Below are positions 9,431 through 20,676 of a stretch of 64,000 nucleotides of DNA, piece by piece; within the stretch, counting starts at the first letter, position 1, and each line of letters starts with the position of its first letter. The translations under genes were made by a program, and so were the position numbers. The notes below the pieces were generated by a model, which saw only the letters and a list, made by a program, of their open reading frames with translations, was not told the DNA's origin and ran no database searches. The stretch lies in the NCBI GenBank assembly GCA_963745835.1, contig CAVUZH010000022.1, positions 352,001 to 416,000 of the forward strand, read 5' to 3'. The stretch comes from an uncultured delta proteobacterium. Lineage in GTDB: Bacteria; Desulfobacterota; Binatia; UBA9968.

Positions 9431-11593
9431 CTACTTAGCCAGCGGATCTGGCCGCAGTTGAAACTTATACACCTTCGGCCGCGTGCCTTTGCCGCCTTCC
9501 ATATGAAACGGCGCTCGAGATGCGTACGTCGACCACAATCCTTTGCCCTTCCAACCTGCTTTCGGATTATCGATGCGACCGTCCATCCATTTGGCGTAGA
9601 ACCCCATTGGATAGGGAACGCGCAAGGTGACGAACTTACCGTCGACCAACGCGAGCAGCGAGTCGTTCATGTTACCCGTTGCGATCGGCACGTCTTTGCC
9701 CAAACCGAAGGTGTCGAATTGATCGACCCATGTGTAGTAGCTCGACTCGACACTGCCGGGCTCCGTCACGTTTTGAAACTGTGGTCCGGGAAACTGATAG
9801 AGTGCCCATCCTTCTGGACAATGTTTTCCTGTAGCAGTGGGACCGTTGAGAACTTTGCATTTGCGCCGATCGAAACTTCCGAGATGCCCGCTCGAGAGTG
9901 AAACCCAGACGACGCCATTGCGGTCGATGTCCATGCCCCGCACACCATAACCATTAGCCTCGGCGGGAGCTTCGTAGATTTCAGTGAGACCGGTCTCGCT
10001 TGGATTCGGACCCGGGTTGAACCTCGCGACATAGCCGGGAAATCCCAGGGAGCTGCCCCAAACAGAAGCATCTATCGGACTAACCGCGACACCGTAGTAG
10101 CCAATGACAACCCGCTTATCCTTGTTGGGATCGACCGCCTCCTTTGGCTCGACATACTCGTCTCGTTTACCGTTGCCGTTCGTATCGAGGATAAATGGTG
10201 ACCAGCCCTGTGATTTGGCTTCATCGCCGGTTTCCTCGAACATTTTTCGATTCAGCCAGCCTATAGCGCCGGCGCCAGCGCCACCCGCACTCGTCCACAG
10301 TGTATGATTGGCATCTTCCGCGAAAACCAAATGATGCGTGGAAAAACAGGTGCTGATGAGAGTAAACTTTTTGCTCTTCGGATCGTACATCGAGAGGTGC
10401 CGGTTAGCACTGTTCAATGGGAATATCCTAGCCGATGGGTGGTCCGAGCCCCTCTTACAAAACTCCGGGTTCTCTGGCGGACGAACACGCGCGGTAAACC
10501 AGGCACGACCCTTTTCGTCCATCATCGGATTGTGGTGATTTGATTGGCTATCCCATATCGGCTCAGCGCCCCAATAGGGAGAAGGGGTCATCGGATCGGT
10601 TTTTGCCGACGGGGTGTTCGGGTCGCGCACCGGGTGCTTGATTTCCGTTGCCTTATGCCGAACCGGGTCCAACACCGGAACGAAGTCCGTACTCAATTCA
10701 GTTGCACCATAGATCAACCCATTTGCGTTCACCGTGGGATTGCGCTTATCTGTGGAGATCTCATCGTGAAGATAAGCTGTCGGGCGGCTCCAATCCCAGA
10801 TCGTGATCACAACATTGCGTTCGACATTCTGTGGGCGCTCCGGCTTAGACTTCGGAAATTCACCGGCGGCAATTCGATCAGTCCAATCAGCCCAGAGGTC
10901 CACAGATTTTTTTGGGCCAAGTTCTTTAATGCGGGTCAGCATCGTAGTCATCGCCTGTCCAGACACAAGGCGGCGTTGCCATGCGTCGGCTGACGATTTA
11001 AACTCGCCCAGTTCTTTTGGAATCGTCCGGGTCGCTTTGTTACCCAGTTGATGGCATGACATGCAACCGTTGGTTTTAACTATGTTCAGCCACTCGCCCT
11101 GGCTTTTAATAATTTCTCCAATGCCATTGTCGCCGGTACCGGGGAACTCGGCTTTCTCCGGGATCTTCAGCATGGAATACCAAAAGATGGCAGGGTAATA
11201 TTCCGCTGCCTTAGCTTCATCCGGAGACACTAATGCCTTCAAGTTAAGTGTCTTACCGGGCGCAGCTTTAACCTTCGGCGAATCCACCAGACCATAGCCG
11301 CGCACCCACACAGCGTAGTTGGCTTTCGGAAGGTCCGGGATTACGTAACGTCCTTGATCATCGGTAACTACGATCTTGGCGAATTTGGTGGGAAGATCAC
11401 TAGTCTCGGCGATAACCCAAACACCGGCTTCCGGCCCGTTGGCGGCGCTGACGATTCCGCCTATGTCATCGGCATCGATGGCCACCTTAGCATTTTTTGA
11501 TTGTTGACCGCCCAACTCGACCGGCGAGAGCGCAAACAAACCACATACAACCAGCGACAACACGCAGAGAGATAATCTCTGTTTCGGTCTCAT
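9431..11593 (-). CDS. Secreted protein with carboxypeptidase-regulatory-like N-domain, one heme c motif and probable beta-propeller; function unknown (paralog 1)
   Basis: Signal peptide, GPEAGVWVIAET..VTDDQGRY..PDLP..VRGYGLVDS, CMSCH, DTNGNGKRD and C-terminal FQLRPDPLAK. Confidence 0.85.
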   Translation of the reverse strand: MRPKQRLSLCVLSLVVCGLFALSPVELGGQQSKNAKVAIDADDIGGIVSAANGPEAGVWVIAETSDLPTKFAKIVVTDDQGRYVIPDLPKANYAVWVRGYGLVDSPKVKAAPGKTLNLKALVSPDEAKAAEYYPAIFWYSMLKIPEKAEFPGTGDNGIGEIIKSQGEWLNIVKTNGCMSCHQLGNKATRTIPKELGEFKSSADAWQRRLVSGQAMTTMLTRIKELGPKKSVDLWADWTDRIAAGEFPKSKPERPQNVERNVVITIWDWSRPTAYLHDEISTDKRNPTVNANGLIYGATELSTDFVPVLDPVRHKATEIKHPVRDPNTPSAKTDPMTPSPYWGAEPIWDSQSNHHNPMMDEKGRAWFTARVRPPENPEFCKRGSDHPSARIFPLNSANRHLSMYDPKSKKFTLISTCFSTHHLVFAEDANHTLWTSAGGAGAGAIGWLNRKMFEETGDEAKSQGWSPFILDTNGNGKRDEYVEPKEAVDPNKDKRVVIGYYGVAVSPIDASVWGSSLGFPGYVARFNPGPNPSETGLTEIYEAPAEANGYGVRGMDIDRNGVVWVSLSSGHLGSFDRRKCKVLNGPTATGKHCPEGWALYQFPGPQFQNVTEPGSVESSYYTWVDQFDTFGLGKDVPIATGNMNDSLLALVDGKFVTLRVPYPMGFYAKWMDGRIDNPKAGWKGKGLWSTYASRAPFHMEGGKGTRPKVYKFQLRPDPLAK

Positions 11594-11764
11594 ATGTGGT
11601 CTCCTTTCAGTTTCCAGTCTTCAGCTTGAATGTTCGCTAACGTCACAGCATGAAGATTTCAGTATCAAAACATGGGCAACATTGTGCAGGGTGAATAAAG
11701 AATCCTACATCAGCCAACTTGCTCGAGGTTCATAGGGCTGCGGTGTGATTTGAACTATGCTTAG

Positions 11765-11843
11765 AGAGGAACGGGGAGAACTCTTTCGTTACAGCTCTAC
11801 GAGCTGACGATTTAGTCTCCCCGTCTGAGTTCCGCCTTCCTCT
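11765..11843. other. Long imperfect intergenic stem-loop between the two heme-protein paralogs
   Basis: Nested arms AGAGGAA/TTCCTCT, ACGGGGAGA/TCTCCCCGT, TCGT/ACGA and CAGCTC/GAGCTG around a TAC loop. Confidence 0.6.
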
Positions 11844-11858
11844 GACTAGCGATCGTTT

Positions 11859-13997
11859 TTACTTCGCCAAGGGGTCAGGCCGGAGCTGGAAGTGCACCGC
11901 GAGCGGCTTGGACCCCTTGCCGTTCTCCATTAGCCATGGTGTACGGTCGCCGCTCGAGCTCCATAAGCCACGCCCTTTCCAACCGGCTTTAGGATCATCG
12001 ATGCGCCCGTCGAATCCTTTTGCGTAAAACCCCATCGGATACGGCACGGTCAACAGGATCATCTTGCCGTCCTTCATCGCGACCAAACCGTGCTGCAAAT
12101 TGGCGGTGGACATCGGCACGTCTTCGCCGAGCCCAAAGGTGTTGTGCTGATCGACCCAGGAGTAGTAGCTCGACTCCGCGCTGTTCTCTCCGATGCCCTG
12201 AAAGCCAGGGCCGGGATACTTGTAGAATGACCAGCCTTCGGCGCAGTGATCGCCGGTCGCTTTCGGACCGTTGAGAGGTCCTTTGCATTTGCTGCGGTCG
12301 AAACTAGCGAGATGTCCGCTCGCGAGGGATGCCCAAACAACACCTTTCTTATCGATGTCGGCGCCGCGAATGCCATATCCGGGCAGCGGCACTTTGTAGA
12401 TCTCGGCAAGCGCCGTCTCCGACGGATTCGGTCCCGGAGCGATGCGCACCACCGCGCCGGGGAAATCACGAAACGAGCCCCACACCGAGCCGTCGGCCGG
12501 GTTGGGCATTACAGCATAAAAGCCGGCCGAAATTCGCTTGTCCTTCGTTGGATCCGCCGGCTGGTTTGGCTCTACGTATGCGTCACGCTTGCCGTTGCCG
12601 TTCGTATCGAGGATCATCGGCGTCCATCCCTGCGCTTTGGCCGCATCGCCGGTTTGATCGAATATCTTCATGTCGAGCCATCCCACCACCTGCCCCCCAC
12701 CGCTGGTCCATAGCCTGTCGTTGGCATCGAACTGTAAATGATGCGTCCCGAAGCAGGTGTCGATGAAGGTATACTTCATGGTCTTTGGATCGAGCATCGA
12801 GAGGTGACGATTCGCGCGCTCCGTCGGAAATGCTTTGGCCGAAGGATGGTCAGAGCCCTTCTTACAAAACGCCGGATTATCGGGGCCGCGAACCGCCGCC
12901 GCGAACCACACACGTCCGTTCCGGTCGAACATACCGTTGTGATTATTAGCCTTGCTTTTCCAGACCTGCTCGTTGCCCCAATAAGGTGATGGCTGCATCG
13001 GTTTGTCTGCCGTCGCAGGGGGCGTATCCGGATCGCGCACGGGCGCCGGAAAGTTCTTGGTAGCGTGAGTTTTCGGATCAAGGATGGGGATAACGTCTAC
13101 GCTAAGCTCGGTCGAGCCGTACACCGGGCCATAGGCATTCACGGTTGGAAAACGACGATCGGAGGCGATCAGGTCGTGCAGGTAATGCTTGTCATCGAGC
13201 CAATCCCAAGTGGTGACGACGATGTTGCGCTCGACGCCTTGAGGCCGCGGCGGCTTTGCGTGAGGCAGTTCGCCCTTGGCAACGCGGTCGGTCCAGTCAG
13301 CTAGATAAGGAAACGCCGCGCCGCCGAGTTCTTTAACGGCATCGCGAAACATCGTGTGGCCGCCTTGTCCGGATTGGACGCGGCGAAACCACGCTTCCTC
13401 GGAATTGGCGAACTTGCCCAGGGGAAACGGCACATTCGCAGGAAACGTGCGCATCGAGCGCTGGCCGATCGCATGGCAATTGGCGCAGCCGTTGCTCTTC
13501 ATCAAGTTTAGGTATTCATTCTGCGTCAGCTTCGCTGGAATCTTGCCTTTGCCGCCGAACTCACCTTTGTCGGGAACCTTCATCATCGAATACCAATACA
13601 CCGACGGATAATATTGCGCCGCGGCGGCTTCGTTCGGCGCTATTGTCGCGGTGAGATTGAGGATCGTTCCGGGAGCCGCTTTGACTTTCTCGGAATCGAC
13701 CAGGCCATAGCCGCGCACCCACAAGTTGAAATTGGCCTTCGGCAAATCGGGAAGCACGTATCGGCCCTGATCATCGGTGACCACCATCCGTGCAAATCGA
13801 GTGGGAAGATCGTTGGTTTCGGCGATTACCCAGACGCCGGCCTCCGGTCCCTTTGCGCTCGTGACTATACCTCCGATATCGTCGTTATCGATCCGAACCG
13901 CGCTCGCTTCGTCGCTCTTTTGGGCCGCGCAAGCGGCGATAACGGCGGCGATGATTACTGCCAATATGCTCAGGTAAAGACTTTGTTTCCTTCTCAT
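11859..13997 (-). CDS. Paralog 2 of the secreted mono-heme c / carboxypeptidase-regulatory-like protein, possible lipoprotein
   Basis: Same motif order as 9431-11593, with CANCH. Start reassigned to MRRKQ (ATG 13997, AAAGGAG RBS). Lipobox-like IAAC. Confidence 0.85.
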   Translation of the reverse strand: MRRKQSLYLSILAVIIAAVIAACAAQKSDEASAVRIDNDDIGGIVTSAKGPEAGVWVIAETNDLPTRFARMVVTDDQGRYVLPDLPKANFNLWVRGYGLVDSEKVKAAPGTILNLTATIAPNEAAAAQYYPSVYWYSMMKVPDKGEFGGKGKIPAKLTQNEYLNLMKSNGCANCHAIGQRSMRTFPANVPFPLGKFANSEEAWFRRVQSGQGGHTMFRDAVKELGGAAFPYLADWTDRVAKGELPHAKPPRPQGVERNIVVTTWDWLDDKHYLHDLIASDRRFPTVNAYGPVYGSTELSVDVIPILDPKTHATKNFPAPVRDPDTPPATADKPMQPSPYWGNEQVWKSKANNHNGMFDRNGRVWFAAAVRGPDNPAFCKKGSDHPSAKAFPTERANRHLSMLDPKTMKYTFIDTCFGTHHLQFDANDRLWTSGGGQVVGWLDMKIFDQTGDAAKAQGWTPMILDTNGNGKRDAYVEPNQPADPTKDKRISAGFYAVMPNPADGSVWGSFRDFPGAVVRIAPGPNPSETALAEIYKVPLPGYGIRGADIDKKGVVWASLASGHLASFDRSKCKGPLNGPKATGDHCAEGWSFYKYPGPGFQGIGENSAESSYYSWVDQHNTFGLGEDVPMSTANLQHGLVAMKDGKMILLTVPYPMGFYAKGFDGRIDDPKAGWKGRGLWSSSGDRTPWLMENGKGSKPLAVHFQLRPDPLAK

Positions 13998-14615
13998 CCA
14001 GCGGCTCCTTTCAGTTTCACAAAGCATCAAAATACCCAATCCAGCAGATCTGCGAACGCCTTTGAACCACCCATGCTCGCCATCGAATAAGTCGCGTCTT
14101 AGCGTTCTCGGATTTCGGTCGGAGATTATCCAAGAACAAACTCGGGTGTCAACTGGAAACACCGGTGTGGTGATAGTTCAGCGAAAATAATCACCCCAAG
14201 CTGTTCAGCGATTCTGACAGCCATCGGCAGGATCTTCTCCGAGACGGAGACGGGATGAGCGAACGTGAAATGAGGCTGAGTCCGAGAGCATTTACACCGA
14301 CTGCAGCGCGAATTATTCGGCGACGGGCGCGGCGCCACATTAGTCTCGGCTACGTTAATAAAGCAGCACTGAACCTTGCTCAAGCAGATTGCGTCGCGGC
14401 AAGAAGACTGGACGGATTAAGGGTGGATTGTCAATGTCGTCGGCATAGCGCTTCCGGGTGCGCCATGCCGGAGGACCCTGAATGGGCTCTCGCCACCTGG
14501 TTATAACCATGTGGGTTAAGACCGGAAATTTTTGCCTCTGGCAGACCTTGACTAGTCCCTTATCGCGATTAAATTTTAGTCAGAAATTAACGATGATAAA
14601 AAGGAGGTATTAGGT

Positions 14616-15086
14616 ATGTTCGGTGAACTGATGAGATTTAATCCGTCGGAGGAACTGTCAAACTGGCACCGTGACATTGACGACCTGTTTAGTCGGTTCT
14701 TCGGACGCTCTGAAGCTCCTTCTTCTTTGGGCAACTGGGTGCCTCGGATGGAGACATACCGCAAGGACAATGAGTACGTCTTACGATTCGATCTCCCGGG
14801 TGTAAATCCCAACGACGTTCAGGTCCAAGCGGAAGGAAATGTTCTGTCCATCTCCGGGGAACGAAAATCAGAAGAGAAGAAAGAGGGTTATCAGGAGACT
14901 TTTTACGGCAAATTCGAACGGACGGTAGCTCTGCCGCAAGGCATCGAAGCTGACAAGATTGCCGCCCGCTATGAACATGGTGTTCTTGAGATCCATGTGC
15001 CGCTTCCGACGCAGCTTTCTGGACGCAAGATCCCGGTTCAGATCGAGCAAAAAGAGAACAAGAAGTTGGAGTCCAAAGCCGCGTGA
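14616..15086 (+). CDS. Small heat shock protein (Hsp20/alpha-crystallin)
   Basis: WVPRME, DLPGV, LSISGERK, YGKFERTVALP, ARYEHGVLEI and IPVQ. AAGGAGG RBS. Confidence 0.95.
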   Translation: MFGELMRFNPSEELSNWHRDIDDLFSRFFGRSEAPSSLGNWVPRMETYRKDNEYVLRFDLPGVNPNDVQVQAEGNVLSISGERKSEEKKEGYQETFYGKFERTVALPQGIEADKIAARYEHGVLEIHVPLPTQLSGRKIPVQIEQKENKKLESKAA

Positions 15087-15127
15087 TTTAGAACCGGCTT
15101 TTTAACCCGCCCTCTCTCGGCGGCTAT

Positions 15128-15156
15128 AAAGGTCCCCAATAGGGGACCTTTTTTTT
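15128..15156 (+). terminator. Rho-independent terminator after hsp20
   Basis: AAAGGTCCCC-AATA-GGGGACCTTT followed by a T tract. Confidence 0.9.
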
Positions 15157-15268
15157 GGTCCCCTGACGAGTTTGTTCATGGACCCGTCGGCGACTTCTAC
15201 AGAAATCTTCGAACGTTCTTTGGTGTGAAAATAGCTTGGCGGCGCAGATTACTGTATCGGATGCCTAC

Positions 15269-17176
15269 TCATCCGGAGTTTCTAAACAGCGAAACCGCCA
15301 GCGGCGGTAAGGTGAGGGTCAACGAGTGCGGCCGCGCATGGAGCGGGATCGGCACGGTTGAGACTCCGCCCAAGTTGCCCATATTGCTGCCGCCATAACG
15401 GGCAGAATCGCTGTTCAACAATTCTTCCCAGTGCCCTGCCCGCGGCGCTCCTAATCGGTAGCTATAGCGGGGCACCGGGGTGAAATTACAGACCACTAGA
15501 ATCAAATCCTGGGTCGATTTTCCCTTGCGAATGAGACTGATCACACTATGCTCGGCATCGTCACAATCGATCCACTCAAAGCCGCCGGGATCACAGTCGA
15601 GCTCATGAAGCGCGGGATCGTTGCGATACAAATGATTGAGATCGCTGACCCAGTCCTTTAATCCTCGATGCATTGGATCGCTCAGCAATTCCCAGGGTAA
15701 GCTGCCGTCGTGCGCCCATTCGCTCGGCTGGCCGAACTCGCCGCCCATGAAAAGCATCTTCTTGCCCGGCTGCGCGTACATATAGCCATAAAGCGCGCGC
15801 AGGTTGGCAAACTTCTGCCAGCGGTCGCCGGGCATCTTGCCCATCAAGGAACCTTTGCCATAGACCACCTCGTCGTGAGAAAGCGGCAAGACAAAGTTTT
15901 CATGGAATGCGTAGATCATCCGAAAGGTCAGCTTGTTGTGATGATAGCGCCGGTGCACCGGATCGCGGCTCATGTACTCCAAGGTGTCATGCATCCAGCC
16001 CATGTCCCACTTCAGCCCAAAACCTAGACCGCCGAGATAGATGGGACGCGAAACCATCGGCCAGGAAGTCGACTCTTCGGCGATTGTCTGGATCGCCGGG
16101 TAATGCTGGTACACCTCCTGGTTCATGCGTCTGATAAAATTGATCGCTTCCAAGTTTTCATGACCGCCGTACTTGTTTGGAATCCATTCGCCCTGCCGGC
16201 GTCCGTAATCGAGGTAGAGCATGGAGGCTACGGCGTCGACCCGCAAATCATCGACATGATAACGGTCGAGCCAGAACATGGCGTTGCTGATCAGAAAGCT
16301 TTGCACCTCCGAACGGCCGTAGTTGAAAATGTAGCTCTTCCATTCGGGATGATAGCCCTGGCGCGGGTCGGCATGCTCGTAAAGATGCGTGCCGTCGAAG
16401 AATGCCAGGCCGTGCTCGTCGGTGGGGAAGTGCGACGGCACCCAATCAAAGATAACCCCGATATCGTGCTGGTGCAGATAATCGATCAGGTACATCAAAT
16501 CCTGCGGCGTGCCGTAGTTCCCGGAGGGGGCAAAGTAACCGGTGATCTGGTATCCCCATGAGCCGAAAAACGGGTGGTCCATGATCGGCAGAAACTCCAC
16601 ATGGGTATAGCCCAGATGCTGAAGGTACTCGGCCAGTGGTGCGGCAAGCTCTCGATAGGACAAAGACCGGTTGCCTTGCTCGAGCACGCGGCGCCAGGAA
16701 CCGATATGCATTTCGTAGATCGCCATGGGTTTGTCGAGCCGGTTATGCTGCTGCCGCTTGGCCATCCATTCCTGATCGTTCCACTGATAGTCGAGATCCC
16801 AGACAATCGATGCGGTCTTGGGCGGAATCTCATTGAAGCAAGAAAAAGGGTCGGCCTTCTCGACGCGATAACCGCTCACGCGCGAGCGGATGTGATACTT
16901 ATACAGGCTGCCTTGACCAATGCCGGGAACGAAGCCTTCCCAGATCCCGGTGCTGCCTTTCGGAGAAAGCGGCTGGCGGCTCTTGTCCCAGTCGTTGAAG
17001 TTGCCGATCACCGAAACCTGTTCCGCGTTGGGCGCCCAGACGGCGAAGTAAGTGCCGCGTTCGTTGGCGTGCTGCACTACGTGGGCGCCGAGCTTGTCAT
17101 AGAGACGAAAATGGCTGCCCTCATTGAATAGATGGCTGTCATCGGCGGTGATGAGGCTGAAGCCGCGATTAGACAT
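15269..17176 (-). CDS. glgB: 1,4-alpha-glucan branching enzyme
   Basis: FAVWAPNA, SWGYQ, DWVPSHFP, LRVDAVASM, IAEESTSW and LPLSHDEVV. Confidence 0.97.
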   Translation of the reverse strand: MSNRGFSLITADDSHLFNEGSHFRLYDKLGAHVVQHANERGTYFAVWAPNAEQVSVIGNFNDWDKSRQPLSPKGSTGIWEGFVPGIGQGSLYKYHIRSRVSGYRVEKADPFSCFNEIPPKTASIVWDLDYQWNDQEWMAKRQQHNRLDKPMAIYEMHIGSWRRVLEQGNRSLSYRELAAPLAEYLQHLGYTHVEFLPIMDHPFFGSWGYQITGYFAPSGNYGTPQDLMYLIDYLHQHDIGVIFDWVPSHFPTDEHGLAFFDGTHLYEHADPRQGYHPEWKSYIFNYGRSEVQSFLISNAMFWLDRYHVDDLRVDAVASMLYLDYGRRQGEWIPNKYGGHENLEAINFIRRMNQEVYQHYPAIQTIAEESTSWPMVSRPIYLGGLGFGLKWDMGWMHDTLEYMSRDPVHRRYHHNKLTFRMIYAFHENFVLPLSHDEVVYGKGSLMGKMPGDRWQKFANLRALYGYMYAQPGKKMLFMGGEFGQPSEWAHDGSLPWELLSDPMHRGLKDWVSDLNHLYRNDPALHELDCDPGGFEWIDCDDAEHSVISLIRKGKSTQDLILVVCNFTPVPRYSYRLGAPRAGHWEELLNSDSARYGGSNMGNLGGVSTVPIPLHARPHSLTLTLPPLAVSLFRNSG

Positions 17177-17260
17177 TATTACTTAACTCCTTGACGGAAG
17201 CAGACGGGAGAGCTTCTGCTCGACCGCCAACATTCACGAAGTACAATAACAGGTAGAGTA

Positions 17261-20200
17261 TCACTGCGAACCAACGGCCATCTTGGTCTTAATCAATTCC
17301 AAAATCCCTTCAATCGGCACCGCCACCCAATCGGGACGGTTATCGAGCTCGTAGCTCAATTCATAGATGGCCTTGTCCAGCAAGAGAATATTCATCAACA
17401 GGTTGAGCTCGTCGCGGGTTTTGGGAAGTAACCCAGATTGTCGAGTGACATCGAAATACCCGTTCAGATAACTGACGGAAATCCAAAACTCCCAGTAGCG
17501 ACCCCAAGGCTTGAGCTGAACCGCATCCTCAGGCCTCAGCGCGCCGCCGCGCAATTTGGTGAGCACTGCGTAATTGAACGATCGCAGCATACCAGCGACA
17601 TCACGCAGCGGCGAGCGTTTCAGACGCCGTTCGGTTATTGATCGCGCCGGTTCACCTTCGAAATCGATGATGACGAAATCCTTGCCGGTGTATAAGACCT
17701 GACCGAGATGGTAATCGCCGTGACAACGGATTCGCATACCGCCGATTTTTCGTTCGACCAGTTGACGGCAGCGGTTGAAGATCTCGACCTCGAGAGTCAA
17801 AAGTTCTGCGGCATGTCTCTGGACATCTTCCGGAAGCCGCTTCAAACGCTTCTGCAATAAGCCCAGAGACTGGTCGGCTAAACTGCGCATGCTTTGATAA
17901 AGCGAACGGCGATATAGAGCGGTAAACGGCTCCGGCGCAAAAGCCGGATCCTTGCTATCGGACGCAAGCGCCACGTGCATCTCGCCAGTGCGCTGGCCCA
18001 GCAGGCACGCCGATCCCAAGTAAGTACCGATCAATTCTTTTGCCAAATCGGGAGTCTCGTTTTGGGCGAGTTCCACCGGCGATCGATTGGGTAAACTCGC
18101 GGCTCCGACCTCGACCTTACGCGTTAAAACTTCTTCGAAGTAATAGCCAAGGCTGTCTTGAGTGTAGCGCCAGGCATCGCCTTCATTAGTTACCAACCCC
18201 TGCAGAATGCCGATGGTGGCGGGTTCGCCGCGTCCCTTGCGCAGCTCCAGATGGCCGGCCATTGGCGGTACATGGGCAAATTCCAGTTCGGTAAGAAACC
18301 GGCCGATCTCAACGTCCGGATTCAGCCCCTCGGTGACCCGGCGAAAAAGTTTAAACATCAGTCGATCGGCGTAAGCTACGGAAGTGTTGCTCTGATCGCG
18401 TTTGATCAACAACGGCTCAAGCGGGTTCTCCGTGCTTCCCAGCAGTTTGCGAAACGCTTTGGACGGGTGCGCAAGAAGCTCGGCGCCGGTATTTTTGTAT
18501 CGCCGCCCCCGGGCCACGGCGGTCAGCAACGATTTGAGGAAACCTGGCTCATGCACCGCGTCGTATAGGAAGCCTTCGCTTTCGCCCGATTCATCTTTGA
18601 TCTTAAGCTGAGCAATGAGTGCCTGGGGCACCGATTGGCGCAATTCGAAAGCGCGATCACCGCTAGCGTACGCCAGCGGCAGCAGGTAGGTTTCCGGCGT
18701 CCCGCCGATGTAATCCACCGCCCATGTGGTCAGGTAAATAGTCGCCGAGTCCACCGGAAACGGGATGACATCGACATTTTTCACGGACCGGATCTGCTGC
18801 GCTTTGCCGCCGAACCAGCGACAGGTTAAAAGATAAGCGGGAAGGCTCCGTTCAAGCATGGTCCGCGCCCTGCCCTCAAGAACAGCTTCCCAACTAGCCT
18901 CCACCTCCAAGCGTGGCGGCTCGACCCCTTCAACTGCCGCGCGCGCTTCCGAAACCCGCGTCTGCTCGAGCTTGAACCAATAAAATGCATGAGGTCCCAG
19001 AGTGAGAAAGTAGGGTAGTTCGCCAATCGAGGGGAAGCGCGTGTGCCCAAACAGCTCCACCGGAACCATGCCCTTGTACGCCGACAGATCGAGCTCGACG
19101 TAGTTGACGAAACGCGAGAGGTTAGCCACGACCAGAATGATTTCATCGCCGAGACGGCGGACAAACACCAGCACTTTGCGGTTATCCGGCAGAAGAAACT
19201 CGATGCTTCCCCGGCCAAACGCTTGATAATTCTTACGCAGCAACACCAGCCGCTTCATCCACCAAAGCAGCGAAGCCGGGTTTTGTTGCTGCGCATCGAC
19301 GTTGACGGTCTCGTAATGATGTTCCGGATCGATGATCACCGGCAGATAAAGGCGCTGCGGATTGGCGCGAGAGAAACCAGCATTGCGATCCGCGCTCCAC
19401 TGCATTGGAGTGCGCACGCCGTTGCGATCGCCAAGGTAAATGTTATCGCCCATGCCGATCTCATCGCCGTAATAGATCACCGGGGTGCCGGGCAGCGAGA
19501 ACAGCAGGCTGTTGAGCAGCTCTACGCGCCGGCGGTTGTTGCCCAGAAGCGGCGCAAGCCGGCGCCGGATCCCAAGATTGATCCGCGCCCGCGGATCGCT
19601 GGCATAAACTTTATACATGTAGTCGCGATCTTCATCGGTCACCATCTCGAGGGTCAGCTCATCGTGGTTGCGCAAGAACAGCGCCCATTGACTCGATTCG
19701 GGTATGAGCGGCGTCTGATCGAGAATATCTATGATTGGAAATCTATCCTCCATATATAAGGACATAAAGAGTCGCGGCATGACCGGAAAATGAAACGCCA
19801 TATGGCATTCATCGCCATCGCCGAAGTAGGCCACTGCATCCTCGGGCCACTGATTGGCCTCGGCCAACAACATGCGGTTCTTGTACTTGCTGTCGACGTG
19901 TTGGCGCAGCTTCTTGAGAAACCCGTGAGTCTCGGCAAGGTTTTCGCAGTTGGTGCCTTCGCGCTCGTAGAGATAAGGCACCGCGTCGAGGCGCAAGCCG
20001 TCCACGCCCATATCGAGCCAGAAGTCGAGCGCGTCGAAAATCGCCTTGTGTACTTCCGGGTTGTCGAAGTTCAGGTCCGGCTGGTGCGAATAAAAACGGT
20101 GCCAGTAGTAGGCTCTGGCCAATGGATCCCAAGACCAGTTGGAGGGCTCGAAATCTTTGAAAATAATCCTTGCCTCGGGATAACGCTCCTGCGTGTCGCT

Positions 20201-20629
20201 CCAGACGTAAAAGTTGCGTGCGCTGCTGCCTGGCTTGGCATCGCGCGCATGGAGAAACCACGGATGCTGGTCGGAGGTGTGATTAATGACCAGCTCGGTG
20301 ATGACGCGAATGCCGCGTTCGTGCGCCGCGCGCAAGAAGAGACGAAAATCGTGCAACGTTCCATAATCGGGATGGATCTGGGTGTAGTCGGCGATGTCGT
20401 AACCGTCGTCTTTGAGCGGCGAGACATAAAAGGGCAGCAACCAGAGTGCCGTCACGCCTAGATCTTGGAGATAATCGAGCTTTTCAGTGAGTCCCTGAAA
20501 ATCACCGATGCCGTCGCCGTTGCCGTCGTGAAAGGCGCGAACGTGCACCTCGTAAATAACCGCGTCCTGGTACCAGAGCGGGTTGTCGTCGAGAAGAATC
20601 GATGTGGATTTAACGAATTTGCGGCTCAA
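17261..20629 (-). CDS. treS: Trehalose synthase TreS fused to C-terminal maltokinase (Pep2/Mak)
   Basis: [37 protein letters not shown] and [12 protein letters not shown]-terminal [32 protein letters not shown] and [10 protein letters not shown]. Confidence 0.96.
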   Translation of the reverse strand: MSRKFVKSTSILLDDNPLWYQDAVIYEVHVRAFHDGNGDGIGDFQGLTEKLDYLQDLGVTALWLLPFYVSPLKDDGYDIADYTQIHPDYGTLHDFRLFLRAAHERGIRVITELVINHTSDQHPWFLHARDAKPGSSARNFYVWSDTQERYPEARIIFKDFEPSNWSWDPLARAYYWHRFYSHQPDLNFDNPEVHKAIFDALDFWLDMGVDGLRLDAVPYLYEREGTNCENLAETHGFLKKLRQHVDSKYKNRMLLAEANQWPEDAVAYFGDGDECHMAFHFPVMPRLFMSLYMEDRFPIIDILDQTPLIPESSQWALFLRNHDELTLEMVTDEDRDYMYKVYASDPRARINLGIRRRLAPLLGNNRRRVELLNSLLFSLPGTPVIYYGDEIGMGDNIYLGDRNGVRTPMQWSADRNAGFSRANPQRLYLPVIIDPEHHYETVNVDAQQQNPASLLWWMKRLVLLRKNYQAFGRGSIEFLLPDNRKVLVFVRRLGDEIILVVANLSRFVNYVELDLSAYKGMVPVELFGHTRFPSIGELPYFLTLGPHAFYWFKLEQTRVSEARAAVEGVEPPRLEVEASWEAVLEGRARTMLERSLPAYLLTCRWFGGKAQQIRSVKNVDVIPFPVDSATIYLTTWAVDYIGGTPETYLLPLAYASGDRAFELRQSVPQALIAQLKIKDESGESEGFLYDAVHEPGFLKSLLTAVARGRRYKNTGAELLAHPSKAFRKLLGSTENPLEPLLIKRDQSNTSVAYADRLMFKLFRRVTEGLNPDVEIGRFLTELEFAHVPPMAGHLELRKGRGEPATIGILQGLVTNEGDAWRYTQDSLGYYFEEVLTRKVEVGAASLPNRSPVELAQNETPDLAKELIGTYLGSACLLGQRTGEMHVALASDSKDPAFAPEPFTALYRRSLYQSMRSLADQSLGLLQKRLKRLPEDVQRHAAELLTLEVEIFNRCRQLVERKIGGMRIRCHGDYHLGQVLYTGKDFVIIDFEGEPARSITERRLKRSPLRDVAGMLRSFNYAVLTKLRGGALRPEDAVQLKPWGRYWEFWISVSYLNGYFDVTRQSGLLPKTRDELNLLMNILLLDKAIYELSYELDNRPDWVAVPIEGILELIKTKMAVGSQ

Positions 20630-20676
20630 CGTGTTGCTTCGCTCTCTCGTAGTTTGCTGAAAATTGCTTCAGGCTG

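Noticed and set aside
11672-11688. TGGGCAACATTGTGCA, a GG-N10-GC match
   Set aside because: Poor consensus and wrong orientation for the adjacent minus-strand gene.
14000-14510. Long intergenic region with short ORFs and a hairpin at about 14440-14469 as a possible ncRNA or riboswitch
   Set aside because: No recognisable family motif, RBS or domain. Cannot be supported without an Rfam search.
14539-14554. TGGCAGACCTTGAC upstream of hsp20 as a sigma54 promoter
   Set aside because: Spacing does not give GG-N10-GC. TTGACT-N16-TAAATT looks more sigma70-like, and I saw no CIRCE or HAIR site.
16240-16260. GlgB reads DDLRVDAV instead of the usual DGLRVDAV
   Set aside because: The catalytic Asp, Glu and HD residues are intact. 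A single substitution or base error is not evidence of altered function.
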